A DNA stretch of 64,000 nucleotides from Paraspadella gotoi (lineage: Eukaryota > Animalia > Chaetognatha), in assembly GCA_051294375.1 (NCBI GenBank), contig CM119268.1, positions 9,421,216-9,485,215 of the forward strand. The letters run 5' to 3'. Under the pieces are notes generated by a model. It saw only the letters and a program-made list of their open reading frames with translations, did not search any database and had not been told where the DNA came from. A program made the translations under genes and the position numbers. Every line of letters begins with the position of its first letter. Position 1 is the first letter of the stretch. Positions 32,901 to 45,115 of this stretch are shown here, in pieces.

Positions 32901-35900
32901 GTTTTAAATGCCGTAACCGATGCCAACGCCGCTTACACGGCGGTGCGTCGTCAGATCACTGAAAAACAGCAGCGGAGAGAAGCCATGATTCAAAGTCTTA
33001 TCAAAAGCTTTGACTTGTATGAAGATCTTTTGACCAAGTCTCAAAAGGGAATAGAATTTTATCAAAAATTACTGTCAAATATTAACAAACTTTTGGACAA
33101 AATGAAAAAGCAAGTTTCTGCGACAAAGCCACAAACGCCCAACGTTCCTTCACCGAACCACCCAAGCATGACATTTCCAGAAATCCCACCTCAAGCTGTC
33201 CCTTATGAACGGGATCACTCTAAATCACCCCATACCGTTTCATCTCTTACTGCGCCATTACCAACTGAAGGGATGAATGCTGCTGAAATGATGGCAATGC
33301 TTAATTCAAAAGGGACTCCGGAGAGTGGAGGTCTGAAACTGAAAGACTTGCTCCCTTACATGAAACCGGATAGATTTGGTCATCTGTCCAATAACAAGAG
33401 TCCTAAGAACCAATCAAACACTAGTCAACATTTGTCAGTTGATGGCGATACCTATTCTAGTCAATCTTCGCCGCGACACAATTCTGTTAATTCTTCTATG
33501 AATCCTTCGGCGAATTCGTCTGTGCAGTTTCCGAAGCCACCTGACTATTCTGTAGCCCATAACTATCCAATCCATCCCTCTTCAGTTCAGCCTCCTGCTC
33601 AAAATTTTTCAGTCCCTTCAGTACCTACCAGCTACGACAATACAAATCCCATAACTAATGTGACTCCTCGGGTTAGTCATACTAACCCAGCTAATCCTAT
33701 TGCTTCATTCGGTGTTCCACGAATATCAAATCAAGCAGTTAATATGCCAACGCTCACAAGTTCGACTCATCCAGGGAATCCTGCTTCCCAGGGTCTACAG
33801 GCTCATTATCAAAATTTGAATGTTGGTCCAAATTCCAACAATCACTTCAATAATCCAAGCTTCTATCAACCCACACCACACTCATATCGGCCTGCTCAAA
33901 ATCCCGGAATTAATGGCGGACAGTTTGGAAATCCTCAATTTCCGTCGCAGGTGTTTCAGAATCCTGTTCAGATTGGTCCTCGGGGTCCTGGAAACTCAGT
34001 TATGCCCCATGCTCAGAGTCCCCCCTTTTTACGCCCGGAATCTCACTCTGAAAATATGCCACCGCAAATAAGTTCGGGCGTTGTTACGCAATCATCTACA
34101 ATGCCACCGCAACCAACGCCTGCTGCTAATAACTGGATTCCATCTCCAGGGCATTCTACTGCACCTTTGCCTACTCCAAGCAGTTATTCAGGAGATCCAG
34201 ATAATAGGAAACAACTTGTTGCTGAACCAGCTCATCGAGCTATTTCAAGTCAAGTACCTGGAATTCAAAATAGCCTACCTGTTTCTGGTACTAATTCTAT
34301 AGCGGCGAATCTGCAAACTGTAAGTGGACCCGCAAATTTTCACCTACAACCTAACCAAGGCAATGTCGCAGCAAATCATCACCAACAACCCAGGCATGAT
34401 AATGTGACACCAAATCTGCAGCAACAACAAATGTATGGCCATGTAGCAGCTAATCAATTGAATCAACAACAAATGCCTGAAACTTCAAATAAGCAAAATA
34501 AACCTTTGCAGCAATCGTATTATCACTCTCTCCCTGTTCCGAGTTCAACTAATCCTTCTCAGTTTGGTAATTTTTCTCAAATGGCTTATAACCAGGCTGG
34601 TCCCGGAGGTGGTGCCTTGGATGCCTTACGGCAAGCAATGGTTGCCCTTGGTGGGCCCACTTCAAGCGGTGACGAAAATTCAAAGCTAACACAAAATGTT
34701 ATTACTAATCAAAACGAAAGCTCTACCAACTTCTCACCCGTAGGGCAGTTTCCTCCTAAAAGTGTTGGAGTTCCTGCGACAACCCCACAACAGCTTGGGC
34801 CTTCTAGTCAATTAGTTTATGGTACAGCTGGGGCTATGCCTTCAAACTTTACATCGAATGCACCCACTTCTCTGCCCTATACCCGTAATCCTGTGCCTTC
34901 AAACTATTATCAGTCCCCGGGCCATGCGAGCAATACAAATATTCATCCCTCTACACAAATTTCCCAACCAAGCTCGTCTTTCCCTCAACAAAGACCCGGG
35001 GCCGACGCTCTAGATGCTTTAAGACAGGCAATGGCAGCTCTTGGAGGTTCACCGACATCTGCTGCCAATATTGCTCCGGCGAACAACGCTCAATCCCATC
35101 AAAATTCTAATTCCAACAATGCAACTATGTCACCGAACCAGTCGCAGCACGTATTGCAGACGGCTCCTACGCCCCACACTTCAGGTTTGAGCTACCCTCC
35201 AACGACAGCCTCGTCTTACAGTCAATTGAACGTTTCGCAAGGACAGGGGAATCATGGAAACCCTCAATCTATATCGCCCGTCCCTCCAACACCAGTCAAC
35301 AACACTTTTCAGCAGTCACGATTTTTAGCCGATCCACGAGTGAACCCTTCTTCGTTTCCTCACGCTTCCCCTCCTCATTTAACCCCCTCTATCGTGCCAA
35401 CTCCCTCCGTCGCATTTTCGACAACGGCGCAACAACCCCCAACGCCTCCCGTCGTGGCGCCGTTATCTGTCGGTTCGACGAATACGGCTCCGCAACCGGC
35501 TCACCCTACACCACCTACCCCACCCGTTTCTGTCCCATCTGGAACCGTCGCCCAGCCTTTTCCTGCCCCGTCTCGTTCGCACGTCGGGACGGAAACGGTT
35601 TCTACGCCTTCTTTCGTCGCGTCTCACGTTAGGAAGGGAAGTCTCGACGACATCCTCTCCTTATCCCACAGCCCGGGAAGCATCACTCCCGCCGCAGGCC
35701 CCAAGGGCTCCACGCATGGCGGGTAATATTTGTATAATTATAAAGCGCCTTTGGTTTTAAATTTCTAATGTTTCTTTTTATCGTTTCAGGTCGAGCGGAG
35801 CCGCTTCCGTCCTCTCGCCTAAAGTCGTCACCTCTGAAGAACAAACGCGTCAAAGGGAAGAAAAGCGTCTGAGGAAAGTTCAGGACCAAATCCCTGTCGC

Positions 35901-38039
35901 TTATCGAGAAGGGCGGGATTTGAAAATCTTGGAAGCGGCCGTCAGAGACTTTAAGCCAAAGGTGTTAAAGAAGCATAAAAATGTTTTTAACACGGTCACA
36001 GATGAATTTATTCAGTGTTAAAAACGCATATGTTAGTTGCCAAGATGCTTACAATTTAATATTAGCATGTGATGGGATATGTGATGAATTAAAAACAAAG
36101 ATTTTGAGACTGTTATTTGCTCTTAAGGTTGACAACCTGACTGTGTACGGCGCCGACGGCTGGATGCGGGAAGTGTGGGCATCCGTTCTGAAGGAAATAG
36201 ACGGGGCGGGCTCCAAAACTAAGGCTGCAGCTAAACTGGCGCTTAACAAAAAGAACGGCCCCAACGCTGCTCTGCCTTATGATGAAAACCGAGTCGTGCT
36301 GCAGTCGATTCCCTCGATAGCAGGGACGTCCGCCGGTGCCTCAGCTGATGATTACATCAATGCTTCTTGGATCCATAAATTGGGCGACGCTTCGCCGAGG
36401 ATGATCGTCACTCAGGTAAATTTGACATCGACTTAAAGAGAGAACAAAATTAGTTTGCAGGTTTTTTAAACTTGTCATTTGTCTTCAGCTCCCGACCCCG
36501 TCGTCACTCCTTGACTTCCTTGTTATGCTGATTCAAGAGGACGTGGCGTTGATAGCGTGCTTGGCCAACGAGGACGCGTTCAGCGATCTTCAGTGTCCTC
36601 GGTATTGGCCAGCGGCCGAGGGTGAAAGCCTCGACGTCGGTTGCTTCGTTGTTTTATCCCCCTCAGTCAAACAAAAGGAATACTTCGTGGAAAGAACGTT
36701 GATCGTCAAGAATAAGATTTCCAAAAAGGTGCTTAAACTTAAAATTATATTTGGCTCTTCTAGTTATATTATTTTAAGCAACCCCCCCCCCAAATTTTTC
36801 TAGGAACACACACTGACGCAGTTTCAAATGACGTCATGGCCTTCGGCGGGCCTACCCTCTACTCCTCTATCGTTTCTCCGCTATCTAGCTGAAGTAAACG
36901 CTTATTTTTTCCGGCTCCGTTCAATGGCGGCCCCGCTGATGGTGCAGTGCACCCGAGGCGCAGGACCTTCTGGCGTTTTTGCGGTTCTCAACGCCGCCGT
37001 ACTTTCCCACCTGGCGGGTGGAGGAGTGCCAGACCTTAAGCGGCTCGTCGTTGAGGCAAACGTCGCCCGTCGGGGTCTGATCGAGGACAAGGAGCAGCTC
37101 GTCTTTTGTTATCAGGTTCCGTTTGTAATAAAGTTGGTCAAAAAAACGAGAATTACTTTTACCTCGCAATACGATTCTATCTTTTTTCGCAGGCTTTGTC
37201 CTTACATCTAGAAAATTACCTTCAGTCCAAAGGAATCAATTTTAACCCCACGAAATCTGATTCCCCGAGAGGTAACATTTTTTTTTACTTTCGAGTTGAC
37301 AAAATGTCTTGGCAACCGTGGATATTTTTATGTCAGCCTCGCCGAAAACGCACGATAGAGGTTCTACGGTGACCACGCCTACTTCCGGCCCAGTGTCCGA
37401 CCTTTTCTCCGAGCAGCCCGTTTCATTCGGCAAGATCCTCTCCTGCGTCTCCGGCATGACTTGTCGAACGAACAAAGAATCCCCGGCGGAATCCCCTAAA
37501 TCTTCAGGTGCCTGAGATTTTTTGCAGGAACGAAGTTATAAAAAAAGTGGGTAAATAATTTCATTATTCGGTGGGCATTTCCTCAGGCGACGAATCTGTG
37601 ACGATTCAACCAGATCGTCTCAACAATGACGACTGCAACGCCTCTGATCCTCCGCTGACAAACAAGGAAAGAAACAGCAAGGAAGAGAAGGAGATCGCCG
37701 AGGAAAAAGAACAGGGAGGAGGAGAGTCGGTTGGAAATGAGGTGAGAATTTTGGATGAGTGTAACAAGAATATGGTTTAAAAAAATTTAAAAAATTAATT
37801 ACGCGAGCGACTTTGTCCAGGTACATCCCGATGCTGCGCCTCTGCCGACTTCATTGGCGACGGCTCTTGATCCATCTCAGTTCAGCCTGACGCCCTCAGA
37901 TCCCGGCGTGCCCGTCAATCTGAAGAAGCAACGCCCAAGCCTCAACGCCTTTCGCCACCGCGACGGCGCTGACCTCAACGACCCTCTCACCCGTCTCGAT
38001 CCCATTTGGACGGACAGAATCGTCGGAGATAAAGAATGA
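29962..38039 (+). CDS. PTPN23: HD-PTP: Bro1 + V domain + Pro/Gln-rich region + degenerate PTP domain
   Basis: 'MEAVRMPM', 'KYYAQL..LQSRFPM', 'MLAQAQECILEKS', 'KKDNDFIYHE', 'DIFAKLVPM', 'DYINAS', C-terminal 'DPLTRLDPIW'. Confidence 0.93.
31525..31627. repeat. ~100-bp dispersed intronic repeat (second copy at 63356-63453)
   Basis: TACAACCAATATAAAAAT..CCTGACTTTGGACA.GCTTTGGTGGTTTAAGGCCT.CATCA in both PTPN23 and TDRD12 introns. Confidence 0.75.
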
Positions 38040-38596
38040 TGCAGTCTTAGTTCGCGTCTATACGATTGCCTACTGCTAATTTTTTTTTGTATGCTAATCC
38101 TTTTATTAAATTTACGTTATGAGAACTTAAATTGAGCATAGGGAAACGTGGAGAAATCCTATTTATAAATTGCCTTTTATTGACTTGTCTATATACATGT
38201 ATTTTTGTCAAATTTACATAAAAGTGAATATATAATGTCAAATTGTGTATAGTGCTCGATTCAAACCGAGATTAAAATTTTTTTAAAACTCCGTTCATGA
38301 TAGTTCTTTACCATTCTGAAACTCAGTTCCGTAGTCATTGGCTTCACTGTCCTGATTTCACGTCAACAACCTACCAACTTATTTGAATATAAAGCATTTT
38401 ACAAAGCGGTTTTCTAGAGAATATACTTAGTACGGCTTATTTAGTCACTACGTTCTCCTACACTGTCGGTCTGCTTCTTTTTAGTCAATTTTAATGTAAT
38501 CGCTTTGTCATCTTGGTATTAAAATTTAAAACTATGGCTCTGGTTGACCCAACAATTTCAGTTTGAATAAAAATTAGTTTGAAAAAAAATTTAAAC

Positions 38597-41500
38597 ATGA
38601 GCGAAGACATTCTTCCTTCCCAAAAGTTGTTATTTCGCTCCGCCGCCTCGGCCTTTCGCGCCTCTGAGGGCGCCTCTCCCACAATTGGTGCCAAGGCGCC
38701 GGGCCGGGTCAACCTCATTGGCGAACACACAGACTACAACGACGGTTTGGTGCTGCCCATGGCGCTCTCGCTGGTCACCGTCGTCGTGGGAAGTCCGTTG
38801 GAACAGGGGCAGCCGTGCCGCGTCTCCACGTTGTCACCAAACGCCGACGAGCGTCGGCAGGTCTCCTTTAGCCTTCCCACGCCTGAGGAGCCGCTGCGAC
38901 CGGGGTTACCCCGCTGGGCCAACTACGTGCTGGGCGTCGTGCAGAACTTTCCTCTACTTAACGCCTTGCCTCCGTTTTGTTGCGTGATCAATAGCGACGT
39001 GCCGCTCGGAGGGGGCCTCTCCAGCTCAGGCAGCCTAGAAGTAGCCGTCTTCTCCTTCTTAGAATCGCTTGTCGTTGAAGCTGCAAGAGATAGGGCTCGT
39101 TCAGGACGAGGTTCTGTAGCGCTCGGTCCAGTTCCGCCCGAGGTAATGGGATTTGTGAATGGGTGACTTCTTGGCTACACCCCTGCCTTTATGTATTTCC
39201 TCGATGTTCCTTCCTCTTCATTCATTTCATATTTTCCTCTTGTTTTCCTCTTTGTTTATTAGTTATATGAATATCGATTATGAATAACTTTTCTATGATT
39301 GTTAGGAAGTGGGTTCTTCAGCATAATTATTAACTTATTCCTTTAACTTCTACCTCATTTTCCAGTCAAAAGCTCTAGCCTGTCAAAAGGCTGAACACGA
39401 CTTTGCCCTCGTCCCCTGCGGCATCATGGATCAGTTTGTTTCGGTGATGGGGCGTCGTGGACACGCCCTTCTCATCGACTGCGCTACTTTGCAGGCGAAC
39501 CCAGTTCCACTTCTTAACCCTGATATCTGCTTCCTCGTCATCGACTGCAATGTGAAGCACTCCTTGGCGGGAAGCGAGTATCCCGAGAGGCGGAGACAAT
39601 GTGAGCAGGCGGCCGCCATTTTAGGCAAGTGAGACGTTTCGAGGCAGAGGAATGAAGGAATGCGTATGATGCAAACATACTCTTTATCCCAGTGCGTCGC
39701 CATAAAACGGGGCCTAAACCCACCGTTGCCTGCCCAACTTCGGGAGCAGGAATGGATAATTTCATATTGATAGATTAATTTCATAAGCGGGTATAACAAA
39801 GCCCGCCCTACGCAATTACGCTTACCGGATACAAAAGTTGTGAATAGCTCGATAGTTAAATTTCGTTTTAAAGAAATAAAAAAAACATTGTAGTGTTAAA
39901 CTAGAGAACCTAACCGCAATTCTGTTTATTTCAAAAGCGATATTGGGTGTGAATGTTTGCTGAGAATCATGAGTAAAAGGCTTAGGATAAAGAAAAGTCC
40001 CTATATGCTGCAAAAAGATATGAAAATAGTAGATATAAAATTCTAGGGAAGAAATCGCTGCGCGAAGCTACGATGGCCGAGTTGGAGAACAAGAAACAAT
40101 CAATGGACGCCGTCGTTTACAGGTTTTCATGAATCATGATAAAAAGATAGTTGGATTGTTTGGATGCAGGAACTTGCTGATCGCGAATTTTTTTTATAAA
40201 AATAGGAAAGGTGTTCCACCCCAAGCTGTCATTAGTCATTAGCTGAATCCACAAAGTCCTCAATGATAAATAATTAGTTTGCATTTTCTCTGCCTACAAT
40301 CTGTCAGGAACAAACTCTTGTGGAATCTCGATTGGAACTTTGTGGAAATCCGTATAAACATTTGTGGATTTAATTCATTCATTGATTGTCTTATTTAATT
40401 AAAGATTCATTGATTATTCATTCTTTCGTCATTGATAATTATTTAATTGATTCATTACTATTTTTCCCCTCAGCTATCATGAGTTAATGATTATTATTTT
40501 ATAGCAGAGGTGTTGGGTACTAATACTTCTTCTTGTTTACTTGTGTTCTCTCTTAAAAATTCTTCGCTAATACAGCTTTTTGTACAACCAGTATCACCAA
40601 GAGTGGTGATAATAATTTACCATTGACCCTGATCATAAACTCAGCTTTCCATTTGGGCTTAACATCAGGGGTCACACCTTCCTCGATCTCTGCTTGACCC
40701 ATAGCAGGATCGGCCTTCAGTTTCCCGACTGATTCTCGTAAGTAGAAGAATCCTTACCTTTCGATTTAGCCTTCTCCCTCTCTTTCATAAAGCACTTGAT
40801 AGCCTCCTCGTCACTTTCATTGAAGTCGCTTTCCTCGGATGAAAACGCAGACCTATAGCGATCACGGCTTTGACTTTGGTAGCGCGAGCCGCGGCGGTCA
40901 TCTCGACGGGCAGAGCCTTGATAACCCCCTACGATCGTAACGGCGATCGTCACGGCGATCATCCCGACGATCGTCGCGGTATCTGTCGGTGCGGCGATCA
41001 TATCTGCCCCTATCGCGACGATCATAACTGTTACTCCTGCCGCGAGCAAAGTCGCGCCCGTAAGATTGGCGTCCTTGATCGCGACCGCGATTCTCACGAC
41101 CAGAATCTGAGGAATAGGAAGGACTACGAGCCGGAGGGGAACCGCGAAATGTAGAATCTTGGTCCCTACGACTCCTACCATAATTATCACGAGGTTTATC
41201 ATCTTCCCTTCCAGATTTTTCTTTCTTGCTTTCTCTCACCTCTGCAGTGAGATTATCCATTCTCGTTACCATGCCAGCCATCAGCCTCTCAAGCTGGGCA
41301 ACCCGGTCGTCAGACATGGATGCTCCAGTAAAGGAGACATTTTTCCCTTTACCTTCGTCATCATCTTCCTGAGTCAACTGCACCCGCAAAGCGATATTTT
41401 TAGCTTCTTCAATGGTTCTTTATCTTCTCCACAACCAATATCTATGGCATCACGGTAAGGTTTGGGCAGGGCCATTCTGAACCGAAAGAAAAGCTCGCGC

Positions 41501-44500
41501 GCTTTGCCTTCAGGATTTAGAGCCTTATCATGTTTCTTGACTTTTCTGGCAATGCGAGCAGCAAGTTTGTGGAAGGATTCCTTGCCATTCCATTTGATAG
41601 TAGACTTTTAGCTTGCCAACGGTATTCTTCCTGAGGGTCATAGAATAGTCTTATCATTTCTGCTTTAATTTCAGGGTAGACTGTTTCAGTCTTTTGTTTA
41701 TAAATTTCCCTTGCTGTTTCATCCAATTTCAAAGGAAGCCAATGGAGGAATTTCTCGTTCTTTTTCTTTCGACTGTGGATGGGTTTGTGGCCAAAACCAC
41801 AGCACTCTCGAAAAGTTCGAATCCATTCCTCGAAATCATCATTTTCCGAATCAAATTTGTCCACAGGGACAGAAGAAACAGCCTTGTCGCATCGATCACT
41901 ACGATCATCTCGGGCAGTAGCCATAATGATTTAAGAGTAGCAATAAAAGGTGTAAACAATTCTTAAAATATGATCCTCGACTTATTGTAAATGGGTAAAA
42001 GGTATAAAATTTGTAAAATTTAAAACGAAGCGGAAGTAAAATGTTGAATATTCAAAGCTTTTAAAATCGAATAAAAAGTTCAATAAAACAATAAAAAAGT
42101 CTTTGGGGGCAGAGGTGTTGGGTACAGGTTTTGCATCGAAGATTATAAAGAATAACCAACTCTTCGAAGCAATCTAAGCAGAGTAAAATCTCATTGAACT
42201 GATTCGCCAAGAGCCAGACAGAGCCAGCTCCCTTTCTTGTCGCTGAGAAGTGAGCTCAATACTCAACTAGGATAAAACTCCAAACTATTGGTAAGGAAAT
42301 TTTGTGGGTACCGCGGGATTTTTATGGGGGCTTGGGGTAGCACCAAGCTAGGAGCAGCGGCGAATTTGCTGAAAGCCAGGTGGAGTCGTGCCACACGAGG
42401 GAGGTAGCCAAGCCGTCTCCCTCCGACTTCAAAAGGGTGAGCCTCTATTAGATCTCAGAGCCACGTCGTCCAGACCTTGTTGCGCAACATGGTGAGAAAG
42501 ACCTTTGGAGATACACGTCGTTTATACTGCACAAAGTGAAGAACTGCACGAATCCCTCCTTGGGCCAACCAAGTTTTCAGCACTAACGAAGTCCTCTTCC
42601 GCAGCAAGATCCAGGCGAAACTCATGAATGAAAACAAATGAAAAGAACTAGAGTCTTCACAGCAATGCCAAACCCAATGGGCTATCACAATGGCAGAACT
42701 GCTGATGGATTTTTATGGTCTAAAATCTGCAGAACCTCAGAAAACGTCAAAATAGACAAAAGACGGTGAGGCAGCACTCCAAAGGGAGGAGTGGCAAATT
42801 GTTGACACACTCCGGATCAAAACCACACACGGGGCATGGCAAAAAGGACGATGCACCACTGTTAGGGGGCAACCTTGCGGACCCCTAACGGGTCGATGGG
42901 TGGCTGCAGACCAAAGGGGCAGCTAAAGAGTCTCGGCGTTGCTCGTATGCCACTAGACGCGGGCAGCAGGGCGTCAACAGTTTCACTAGCCCAGAGTCAC
43001 TACTCTGTAATAATATATCAAGAGAGAACACAATGGATCAGTAGTCACTAAGTAAACAGAAGAAGTATTAGTACCCAACACCTCTGCTATAAAATAATAA
43101 TCATTAACCATGATAGCTGAGGGGAAAAATAGTAATGAATCAATTAAATAATTATCAATGACGAAAGAATGAATAATCAATGAATCTTTAATTAAATAAG
43201 ACAATCAATGAATGAATTAAATCCACAAATGTTTATACGGATTTCCACAAAGTTTCCAATCGAGATTCCACAAGAGTTTGTTCCTGACACAATCAACTTG
43301 TTTGCATAGACAAAAACTCAGCTATTATTGTATTGTATTATTATTATTATTTTTTTTTTTTGCGGTTTTTATCTCGCCAGATGGGCGAATGCCCGACTTG
43401 GGCGGGATGTTAATTTGTTTGCTTCTTTTGATCGTCGTTATCGTCGTCACGCTGTTTTAACATTAAAAATAGCTCAAGTGTGTAATTATAGGAAGCTGAA
43501 AATTTAGATATGGCTTCTCATCAATGAGGTCTTTTAAATTGTTTCATATTCTTACATTTATTTGTTTTTTTTTTTTATTTACAAAACAATTTTTATATAT
43601 ATAGACGAGTTCAGCTCTGCAGCGGCTCTCCAGTTTCTTTTTTTCTCTTTTAATTATTTTTTTTTATCGCAGCTTCTTCTGATTCGTTTAAAAATGATTT
43701 CGCTCTGCAGCGGTTGTCCAGCGTCTGTCCAACTTTTCTTTATCTTTTTTATTCTCTCTTTATCTCTCTCTCTTTTTCTCATTCATACCATCAATGAATG
43801 ATTATCATCGTATCAATGAATGACTATAATGGCATCAATGAATGATTATCATCGGATTAATCAATGACTATCATCACGTCAATGAATGATTATTATCGCA
43901 TCAATGAATGATTATCATCGCATCCATCATTTGGTTATCATCGTATTATTCATTTGGTTATCATCGTATTAATCATTTGGTTATCATCGCATCATTAATT
44001 TTCTTTGATAGTAACGTCTGGCGAGATCATTATACTTTTAAGAATTTTTTTTTTTTTTTTTTTTTGCGTTTTTTTTCATCGGTAAAGAAATAGAATCCGT
44101 GGCCGATTTTTTTAGCTTACATTCATCAACGCAGGCGGGCTCGTCACGTGATTGGCGAGATCGCGCGCACCGCATCCGCCGTGGTGGCGCTAGAGAACGG
44201 AGACTATGAGAGAGTCGGGCGTCTTATGTGGGAGAGTCACGCGAGTCTTCGCGACGACTTCGAAGTTTCGTGTCCCGAGTTGGACCGTCTCGTCGAGGCC
44301 GCCATGACGCGGAAGGGGGGCTCCGCGGGCGGGGGTGTCTTCGGCTCTAGGATGACGGGTAAGGATAAGAGGAGATGGGTGGGGGGGGGGTAAGGTTTGA
44401 AGAAGCCAGGAAGGGAGGGACTGTGACTGGGAATGTTTTTTAGGGTCCGTAGCATACGGCAAAAGCTGGCGTTACGTACTTTTGGTCAACGATTGAAAAA

Positions 44501-44847
44501 ATTTCTGAAAAGAATTTATAGTCATGTTTTGGTTTATTTAATATATTTTTCTTTTCACTCGTATTAAAGGCAGTTCGTTGTTCCAATCCTCTTTTTTTTT
44601 ATCCGCTTTCGTTTCTCTTCTCCTCTTCCTCTTTTTTCCCTTTACCGCAAACTTTCCCTCGTCAGGCGGAGGCTTTGGAGGCTGCACTGTGACGCTCCTA
44701 ACGAAGTCAAGCGTCAGCGACGTCGAAGCTGCGATCAACTCTTTTCTTAAGTCAGCGATCGCGCCTCTGCAACCTGAACCCACCTTTATACTCGCCACTC
44801 CCGAGGAAGGATGTCAGAGTTTCTCTGATCTGTCCTCGATTTTTTAA
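38597..44847 (+). CDS. GALK1: Galactokinase 1, multi-exon (4-kb intron 40123-44134 filled with mobile elements)
   Basis: '[17 protein letters not shown]', 'PLGGGLSSS', 'CGIMDQ', '[17 protein letters not shown]', 'GSRMTGGGFGGC'. Confidence 0.95.
40302..43289 (-). mobile_element. Degenerate Gypsy-type LTR retrotransposon (5' LTR, PBS, gag, protease start) closed by an inverted LTR copy; 5-bp TSD CAATC
   Basis: CAATC|TGTCAGGAAC...GTTCCTGACA|CAATC. LTR 43289-42860 (TGTCAGG..CCTAACA); PBS TGGTGCATCG at 42858-42849; frameshifted gag-like ORFs 41924-40717; retropepsin motif [12 protein letters not shown] at 40595-40587. Confidence 0.85.
43360..44110. mobile_element. Non-autonomous Helentron-like repeat with internal ~21-bp minisatellite
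   Basis: Short inverted pair ATCTCGCCAGA (~43371) / TCTGGCGAGAT (~44017); tandem ATCAATGAATGATTATCATCG units at 43790-43995. Confidence 0.45.
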
Positions 44848-45115
44848 TTTTTAATCGTGATTGTTTAAGTTGATTTTGTTGGTAATATTAAATTATTACT
44901 TCGACGCTTCGGCGAGAGATTCTAGTTTTTTCATTGTTACAGTTTTACCAGTTTATCTGTGATTATTATTACAAATTCCATATTAACAATAAGAAAAATT
45001 AAATATGGAATTTTTTAGATACAATTTTTAACTTTTTTATTGATTTTTTCTACAGAATGAGCTCACGTAGTTTAGCAACACTCGCCTCTTTCGCTATCCG
45101 CTATCTACCTCATCA

